Shown in pieces: positions 38,701 through 49,113 of a DNA stretch of 64,000 nucleotides (within the stretch, counting starts at the first letter, position 1; each line of letters opens with the position of its first letter). Under the pieces are notes generated by a model. The model had not been told where the DNA came from. It searched no databases and saw only the letters and a list, made by a program, of their open reading frames with translations. This stretch comes from Paragordius varius. Lineage: Eukaryota > Animalia > Nematomorpha. The stretch is taken from NCBI GenBank assembly GCA_964247055.1, contig OZ176050.1, positions 4,464,001 through 4,528,000 on the forward strand, in the 5' to 3' direction. The position numbers and the translations under genes are program-made.

Positions 38701-41700
38701 CCCGGGAATATAAGGGTATAACACTTTGATTTCAATTGGGGTATCTCCCATACTAATTTAACTTTATATTTTTAATATACTATTAAAAACGCTTCCAATT
38801 TACATTTATGCTTCTATTTTAATAAAATTTGTATAAAAAAGACAAAATATCTAAATAAAATTTGGTTAGGTAAAGGAGGTTTCATATCAAACTATTTGGA
38901 CGCTATTTTTATTTTACATCATTTTTGAAAAATATCGTGTTTGTTTGATTTTAAGGAGTTTACATTTTCATTAGAATCACATTTAACATTAATATAAACA
39001 GAAAAAGTGGTATATTTGGCATTTTTTATTTTTACCTTATGCACACATGTCTTTTGGCTTAATTTTTACCTTTGGGTTTTACCTTAAAATAAGTAATATC
39101 AACTATTTTTGAATGATTTTTTATATTTCTTTCTTCCATATTTTTTAAAATAATTTAAACACGCCTGGGGTATCTAACTATACAATTTAAATCGAAGGTC
39201 TAGAATTAATTCGTTTTTGTACGAGTGCTAACATACAATATAATAAAGTCAATGGAAAAATATTAAATTTATATTGACATTACACATTTATAAGTTTAAC
39301 CAATTATTTCACGCGTGTTTTTAAAATGAAAACATTCAAAAACGTAAAGGTGGGCGAAAAAATAAATGAAGGAAAAACTAAAATAATTTACAACATCCAT
39401 AATATTGAATTTCATGACCCAAAGCATTCCGAAACTTCTAATAAAAAATATGTTATGGTATCGTCCAAAGATGACATAACAGCAAATAATGCTCTGAAAC
39501 ATGATGTTATGGATGGAAAATCATACATAGCTAGTGAAACTACCTGCTGTATTTTTGAACTTTTGAATTATTTTGGTATTCCCACACATTTTGTTGGTCG
39601 ACTAGAGGATAGCAAAAATTCTTTTATCGCTTATAAATGTAAAATGTATCCAATTGAATGGGTTATTCGTCGCATTGCGACCGGCTCCTATTTAAAACGA
39701 CACAAATTAGTTAGAGAAGGAACTCGTTTTATACCACCAAAACTAGAAACATTTTTTAAGGATGACGCTCAAGGTGATCCACAAATATCATACGAAGAAA
39801 TTGTTTGTTCTACCGAATTAATTTCCTTTTATCCGCAAGAAAAAGTGAATAATCCTGCTTTGTTACGCAAACACATTTACGACAAGTGCGCTCATTTAAG
39901 CGTTACCATTTTTGAAATTTTAGAACGGATATGGCATACTTTATTTGACGTTACTTTGGTTGATATGAAGATTGAATTTGGTGTAACAGAAGATGGTCAA
40001 GTAGTTTTAGCCGATGTAATCGATAACGATAGTTGGAGACTTTGGCCTCAAGGTTGCAAGGACAAACAAGTTGACAAGCAGGTTTATAGAGATTTTAAGG
40101 GAGATAAAACCTCCGAAGAAAATTTACAAATGGTTAAAGCCAAATATCAATGGGTTTTGGATTGCCTTGAAAAGATGCCTGCTCAATTAAACAACATGTA
40201 CAACGTTTCAACAATCTTAATTTTGCTGGCAAGTCCGACCGATTTAGGACATGGTCAAGCCATTGAAACAAAAATCAGGAATTATTTGCACTCCAACATG
40301 GATAATGGTGTATTCCCACCCTTAGTCAACATTGTGAAACGAATTGTTTCGGCTCACAAATCAACCGAAGTGGCCCTAAACATTTTAGCCGAGTATCAAA
40401 CCGTGGAACAGCTTGTCATTATCGCTTGTGCCGGTTTGAGCAATGGGTTAGGGCCAGTTATAGCTGGGAACACCCCGTTCCCCGTTATTAATTGTCCACC
40501 AAATGGTCACATCACTCATGAGTTACAGGTCGATGTTTGGTCATCACTGAGAATGCCGTCTGGCATATCGTGTAGTACAGTAACTACACCAGATGGGGCT
40601 GCTTTGTCCGCCCTTGCGTCGCTCTCAAATTGTCATCCATTTATTTGGGCACACGGGAGAGCGCGACAAACGACACTCACCCTTAAAAATTGTAAAATCG
40701 ATTATGATTTAAATAAAAATGTTGCTTGAACTTGGGGCTAACGAAGCAAACAAAATGCCATTAAAATTTGTATTTTTGGTCATACTAACAAAAAACAATA
40801 CTGGTGAATTATATTTCGTTTATATTAATAATATTTTGTTGTAAATACTGATTAAATAAATGATATAATATAAAAATATGTTTTCCCATTACTTTTTAAT
40901 AATTATTTTTTGGTGTCTACCGTCTTTAACATGATATAAGTTTGTTGACTATGGCAGATTTAAAAACTATTGAATATGTCGAAATTAATAATTAACTGGC
41001 CCATTAAGGAATGATTTTTTAAGTTTATACGCTAAATTGAAGCGAAATAACCCAAAAAATATAATGCAGTCAACGGTTTTTACCGTTATGTGATATACTT
41101 TAATAAAAGAACAAGTTGCACTAAATAAATATCTGTAAATTTATAAATAGCTCACTATTTTAAAAACAAGTAAATGTAACAATCACATATTTTATAGAAA
41201 TCATCCTTGAAGTTATAAAAACTTTTTTGGCGAGAAATTCGATTATACTATAATTTTTTTATGTAGTTTTTAGAATTTGTAGGCATTAACAGATGTATAA
41301 CCCTCTTCGGTATATGTGAAAATATTTTTGATATTATGTTATAAAACTTTTGCGCAAAAAAGAAAATTATTTTTCTACATTATTACAGCACCAATAAGAA
41401 TAAATTACAACTCCAACACTTCGATTCAAATTGGGGTATATTAATATCCCAAACTAATTTTGAGTTAGGATTTGTAAAGCTACTGTAGGAAACGGTCCTA
41501 ATTTAAATTTATGTTTCTATTCAATACAAAATTATATACATATGCCATCTAAATAAAATTTTGTTTTGAAAAAAGTTCCATGTCAAACTACTTCGACGCC
41601 ATTTTTATTTTACAAAATTTTTGCAAAATAGCATCTTCATTTAATTTTAAAAGTAAAATTAAGGCTAATTTTTTATTTAAATTACATCTAACATTGATAG

Positions 41701-44700
41701 AAATGGAAAAAGCGGTTTATTATATATTATTTTTCAATTTTACCATTGCACACATGTCACCTTGACTAAATTTTTACCTTTCGGTTTTAGCTTAAAATAA
41801 ATAATATCAAGTACTTTTGAATATATTTTTTTATATATTTCGGTTTATTAATGTTATATAAGTACAAAATTTTGCCATGGTTTCGATTCCTTCCATATTT
41901 TTTAAAGGAATTTTATAAACAGGCCTGGGGTAATTAACTTCTCTAATTTGAATCGAATGACTAAAATGAAGTGTTAAAATTGGTTTATTGTAATGTACCG
42001 AAAACTTTATAGCAAATTTATTTTAAAAAATAAAAATGCTTATTTTTAAAATATAGAATTTAATTGTAACATAAGCTAATAGTTTTTAATATTATCTTGT
42101 ATATACATATTTTTAGATAATTTTAAGGATAAATAATTTTTTTCTATAAAAACTGACTACTAAAAATCAATCCCTGGGATTTATCGCTATAAATGCAACG
42201 TACCCTTTTTTAATTTCCGAAAGCTGGTTATATCTAATAAACCAAAGATCAAATAAATTGCCCAATCACACATTATGTACAAATTTTTAACTTTTTTTAA
42301 AAAAATATATTCTTATTAATATATATATATAACGAATATTTGACGATTATGGATTTTACACATATTAACGGTTGAATGCTTTCGACTCCTAAGTGTAAAA
42401 TATTTTAATTTAAAATAAATTTTTAACTGAGCACAATCATCAATCACTTGTGAAATAACATAAAATATAAACATATCCCTTCAATAGTTGTGCCTTACAA
42501 GATTAATGATAATATTTATTAAAAAAATAAATTAATTTTTTCTAAACTCTGCCTCTCCATACAATTAAATTTCATTTCAAAAGATTTGTGATTTACGTAC
42601 CTGGACAATTTTCTTGTCTCATTTATTTAGAGTAAGCAAAAACATTTCAAAACTCAAAACGCTACCTGTAACTTTTTTCGAAACCCGCTTATTACAAAAT
42701 GAAATTGCATGGATATGCTATTTTATTTAAGGGTAAACAATATTTGCATACCTTTTGCCATACTTTTCTGCAATAGCTTTCGAACAATCACATCATATTG
42801 ATTTTCACGAGCAACGCCAGAATCCTTGGTAAGTTTTTCTTTTACGGCTATGCAGATATGATTTTTATCTAATTGTTCTTCAATCACGGTAAATGCCTGA
42901 AAAAAATAATTTATGAATAATGTGTTTACTTTGTAAATTTGTGGATTAATTAATTTTTATGTTACCCTTTCGCCATAATTGGACTCCTCATAAATAACCG
43001 ATATGTAGGACCAATTGAATAATTTGATTAACTCAATCATGGCTAGAGCTTGATATTCGTCTGATGGCACAGTCCTTGAAAAATATTCAAACCGTTCTTT
43101 GTTACTTAATTCAGGACTGGTGGAAAAGAAACTTATCTAACGTGTGTGTCATATAAAATAGTATATTACAGTCATGTATCCTTTATTTTATCAAAAATTA
43201 ATGTTTTTTCGTTAAATGGGTAAAACATTTGGTAAAGAATGGAAAAAACAAGAGCTCGGTATTTTTAAAATCACATTCATCAAAAAGTATATAAGAATTA
43301 CCATAGAGTTTTTTTTTCCATTCTTTACCAAATATTTATACCCATTTAACAGAAAAAATAATTTTTTAATAAAATAAAGGATACATGACTGCATATACGA
43401 TAATTGATTTCAATATACGCAGTGTTATCAAAACTAATTTCTCAAACCCGATACCGTTAAAAAATCATGGCCATGTCAGGATTTAAATTATATGACCCCT
43501 TTTGACATGTATTCAAGGTTTAATTAAAATCATCTTTTAGTAGGGTGAAAAATCAAACATAAATTTTGCGAAGAAATGTAATCATTGTTATTGGAGCTGA
43601 TCAAATAGCTTATTTTTTCAAAAATAATCCTCCATCTCACATTTATTTATAAGACATAACTTATTAATTAATCTACGGTTAATATGTATGTATCATAAAT
43701 TATTATTATAAATCTATCTGTCTATATACGGACAAATAAAATGATATGCATTCATTTATATTAACAAATATTAAGGAAATCGATATTCTCCTTCCACAAT
43801 TACATATTGTATTGACCATTATCTATTCTAAAAATGTTGTATATTTCTGTTTCCAAAAAATTATTAAAGCAATATATGTATGTTGTAGTATATAAGATTA
43901 TTCAAAAGCAAAATGCCATTTTCCTAACTAAGCTTAGTTGATTTGATTGTCTTTTGGTCCAATCAAGACAGATAGATGTTTAGATAAGCTTATTATGTAT
44001 ACATTTTTATTTGAAAACACAAATTGTAAAAGACCTTACACCAAAAGATACTTTCGCGCGACAAAGTAGACAAAAATTAGTATCAAATTGGGACATATAC
44101 GGTATATTTTAATCATATTATAATTCCGTTAATAATTTACGCTTATTCAATTGAAAAATAATGGTACCTCTTCTTAAAAAAGATAAAACATTAATATTAA
44201 ACCATATTTTACTTTACTCATACTGTATGAATTAATTTTATATAAGTCCTGATATTTGTGAGATGACAAAATAATACTAATAAATTTTGCTTTTTATTTA
44301 TACTGTTATCTCTAAAAACTATAATACTTGTAAATTGATACATACTATAGAAAATTAAATTTTGACAACTGCCTAAGATGTAGACTTTCACATTAAGCTT
44401 GAGGAACGTTTTTGATTATGATTAAAAAATTATTTATGCCAAAATATCAATAAGAAATATTGCAAAGTTTTTTATTCAATATACTATCATTTATTTGCCC
44501 TTAATAAAATTTATTTGATGACAATTTTTATACACTATTGAATACTCCCTAAGGAACAGTTTTTTGGGTTTGCGAACCTGACAATTATGTCACAGATTAT
44601 AAAAAATGATTATGTAGGTCAAGTACAACCAAAGCGATTTTGGTACTTTCATCTTAAATAATATTTGGTTACGAACATAAATTAGTTGAAAATAATATAT

Positions 44701-47700
44701 AAACCCTTTACCGTTTTAAAACTGAAATCAAAATATAGCGATCAAAAAATTTTGGCCTTTATGAAATTTGAATAAAAAACCTGGGGTATTTTGAATAAGC
44801 GTAGCAAGTTAGCTACTTGTATGGACGTAACACTCGAAGGGGCACCAACCACCCCTGAAATCATTTTCATTTGACTGCCTTCGGGCATGGAACCATCTGC
44901 GCATTTATATTCCTTATCATCTATACTGCTAATCGATCCTATAAATTCAAAAAAATATATTAGCTTATAGTGTTTGACAAAAAAATTTACTTTATATATA
45001 ATCTTAATTTCTCTTTCCACTAAATTTAAGGGGGAAACATTCTAAAAATTGGAACAGATTAAAATAAAAAAAATTTCGCGTTCAGAGGTCAAGGAATATG
45101 AAACATTATTATTGAAAGTAAAGTTATTAATATTTTTAATCCTATATATTATTTTGAAACAAAATTAATAATTAATGATATAATTTGATATATATATATA
45201 TATATATATATTTGTTGAAAATAATAAATTAATCAACGAAAAACCAATGATTTATAAATGAGTGACTTGTAAACTAATCAGTGTTATTAATAAATTTTAG
45301 TTGTCATATTAATTTCATTCAGTGCATGTTTAATTTATATGCCATTCAAAATAATTTAACTTATAATACAAATCAATTTACAATAAAATTATTTTAGTTT
45401 ACGAATAAATTTTCTAATTAGTTATATCATCTGATCGATCCTCTTAGCTATTTAAAATCTTTATTTAATATTTAATTATAAATATATATCATTTTGTAAT
45501 TAGATTAAAAGGACGGAATGCCGATGAATAATTTGCGTTCATACAGTAATGTAATTAATTACATTAATGTCCTCTGACAGATTTTTTGTTAATTTATTTA
45601 AAACCATATAATTTCACGATACTGAACGAAAAAATGTGCTTATTTTTTAATTTTCAATATTATTCAATATACATATTCCAAATTAGTAGTTCCATTCAAA
45701 AAGAAAAATTAATCCACTTTTTTGCACTGAATACCATATCTGGTGACAAATGATAAGCCAAAAAAATAAGAACGCTTTAAGCTTTTCAAGTTGATCAAAA
45801 AACTAATGATATAAATTGTATATATGTTTATGTAAACTTTTAATCTGTACACAGAGTTAACTAAAAAGTTTTATCTTTATATTTAATTTGATATAAAGCG
45901 GCTTAGAGATCTGGGGAAAAATAGCTTTTATGATAATTTTTTAGCAAGGAAAAGGATGGATGACACACACACACTAAATTAGGAAGCTAAAACACGACAG
46001 ACACACCGACAATAAATTATAAAAGAGGAATCCCTTAAAATCAAGCATTTTATAAATACATATTAAAAACAAACGCATGAAAAATTATTATAAAATAAAT
46101 TTGTATCAATAGTATATTATTTTAATAAATATATATCAAGAACATCAAAAATCAAATTGTAATTTATTCTTATTTTTTGCGATTGTAATGAAGCAACAAA
46201 AATTTAATTAAAAAACCGCATAATATTGTTTCCAAAAAATATTGTCCAATCTATTTAACATCTGTAATATAGATTGGTATAAAAAGTAAGTTATAGTTAA
46301 TCAGTAAATTAATCGTTAAAGTTAACAAATTTTTAAATAGAATCGAAAATTCATAAATTGATGATCCATATGATGGTTTTAAGTAAAAAATTCAAATATA
46401 ATATCAATTTTGTCTATAGTTAGCATTAAGTTATTGTTTTTCATGATCTATTGGGAGTAGTTAAAGCCCTAGGGCCATTAAAATTTATATATCTTTTAAA
46501 ATATTTTTAGGATTGGGTCAAATTTTAAAATATGCTTTTTTAGCCTATTAGACCTATCATACAATATATTTTTTTTAAAAAAATCCTCATCTCAAACTGT
46601 TTCGCTACCATTTTATCTCAAAATTTTTTAATTTGCTAAAACATGCAAATAAATGTATAATATGGTCGAAAAACATAAGTTAACTTTTATCTTAAATTCT
46701 TCCTCTTATATTGGTTTTAGTATCAGCTGTTTGCTTCCATCATTTTTAGAAGATATTTGGGACTATTTAAAAAACTGCAGAATTATAAAATTTTTTATTT
46801 AAAGAAGAGGGTTTGATAATTTGATTTTCATCAAATCAACTTCCTAAAAGGTTAGACTTTGATATAGGGAAAAACTAGCCCAAAATGTCGACGCGGACAA
46901 ATAAATCAAAATGTAATAAAGTGTAAAAAAATTAACCCGTTCGGCACCTGTAATAAACAAATCAAAAATATATGCGGTTTTTTAATTATAAAATATTCCA
47001 AAACTTTTTCATAGATAATAAAGCTTATTTATGTTGCTTTTATATAACATTTAGTCATATAGCCATAAATTTTCAAAAGCTTTTAAATTATTATTGTTAA
47101 ATTTTATTTAACCAAAATTGAAGCAAACTATTTGGAAAATATCAAAATTTTCACTTCGAAAATTAACACTTGAATCCAAATCATGTCTACATGTATTTTG
47201 ATATAAATTGGGGTATTTGACGACCCCAGGCTTGTTTAAATCAAATTTAATAACAAATGAAATCGATGGAAACCTTTCAAAAGTTTGTATTTATAATACA
47301 TTGATGCACAAAAATATAAAAACTCGCACTAAATTTTTTATTATTACTGATTTTATGGATAAACCTGAGGTCAAACAACATGCGCTAGCTAAATTTAAAA
47401 ATAATGCGATTTAACCCATTTTTGTGTCGTTATTGTGGTTAAATTTATTATGACAAATTCTTTAATTTTATGGGTATGATTTTTTAACATATAGCTGTTA
47501 AATGAAATCGCCGTAATATTTCTCAAAACTAAATTTTACAAATGTGTTTTGGCTTATTTAAATTAAATTTATTGAGATAGCATAAATTCAAAAAATGGCC
47601 ATCCTTTGGTACTTTTTGCATTATATAAATTTAAAGTTGGCCTAGGATCCAAATATTTCAATTTGACTCAAAGTGTTATGGAAAAAGACCATATAAATTG

Positions 47701-49075
47701 CAATGTTTCAAGAAACTATAAATATTTGTCCCTGATATATTAACACGAAAAATAAAAAGTTTTTTGTAAATTAAAAAGATTAAAGATATTATAAAGATTT
47801 TTGCCCCTATAATTGGTCTACCTTTATAACAATTGGTTTTAAAAACTGAAGAAATATTTTTTATTCTTCAAATATTTTAGGTGCTAATATCGAAACGACT
47901 TACTCTGAACACAGACACACTAAAAAATAGTAATATAAATTAAAAACATTGTCTATAGATGTTTAGCAAAGATAAAAAATTTAATTTATTTAGTTTTTGG
48001 TTTTCTTTTTATTTTTTTGAGTACATACAAAATTTAACAAATTGATCATATTACAACTGAAGGAAGAAAATTAGACAATATATATTGTGTCAAAAATCAA
48101 TATATATTAATGATTTTAGATAAATATTTAAAAGTTTCAACAAACTGTATTTGTGGGGTTGGTATCTAACCCATCTGATATATTGCTTTAAATATATCTA
48201 ATGGCGAAACAGGTGTTTTATTTATATATAAAATAAAGGATTATCTATTTTTCTACATTTATGTAAAAAACATAAATCCATTTATTAAGTATTTACTTAA
48301 AATAATATCGGTCAATATGTGGCATTTTATGTAAAAATTTAGGAAAAACCACCGCGATGATAATCATAGGGATTTTTTTTTATAAAAATATAGAATATAA
48401 AATTTTAATAATTATTTGGAGGGGAAAATATTTGATAAAGCATGTTCATTTAATTTAAAATATTTTTTCTCTGGTATGAGAGTCCTTAACACCATTAACA
48501 AAAGTAATGCGTTAACAAAAAAACTAAACATAAACCTAAATTTAAATTAAATAACTTTGATTTCTAACAAAGTAATTATCATTTCTAATTCTCAGCAAAA
48601 ATCAGAACATTAAACCTACCTAAGATTATATGATAATATTTTTACTTTAGTTAAAGGTTAAACCCATTAAAGGACTTCCTTATCCGAAAATTATATTTAA
48701 AACTAATATTCTCTCAAGACAAAACACGATATATATTTCTAATTTATTTTATCGCTGTTAAACTTAGCCCCAAAAAATGAGAGAATGCATTACCCTTTAT
48801 AAAATCAACTGATTGTTCCAATCCATATGTATCCTTGTCGCAATCATCCAGAATGTAATATCCAAGCTTAAAACCATTCAACAAGCCTATATAAATATAT
48901 ATCCATAAGCATAGATACCACTGCAAAAAAATTTAAGTAGAAAGTTTTTAAAAGTGATTAATAATTTTTCATTCTTAGGGTCTTTGAGATTAACTAAAAA
49001 AGAGTCAGATTTGTACGAAAAATATAGGCTTTTATATTTAGGGTTTCAAACCAGAGTGAATACGTTCGGCATGTC

Positions 49076-49113
<38 letters not shown>

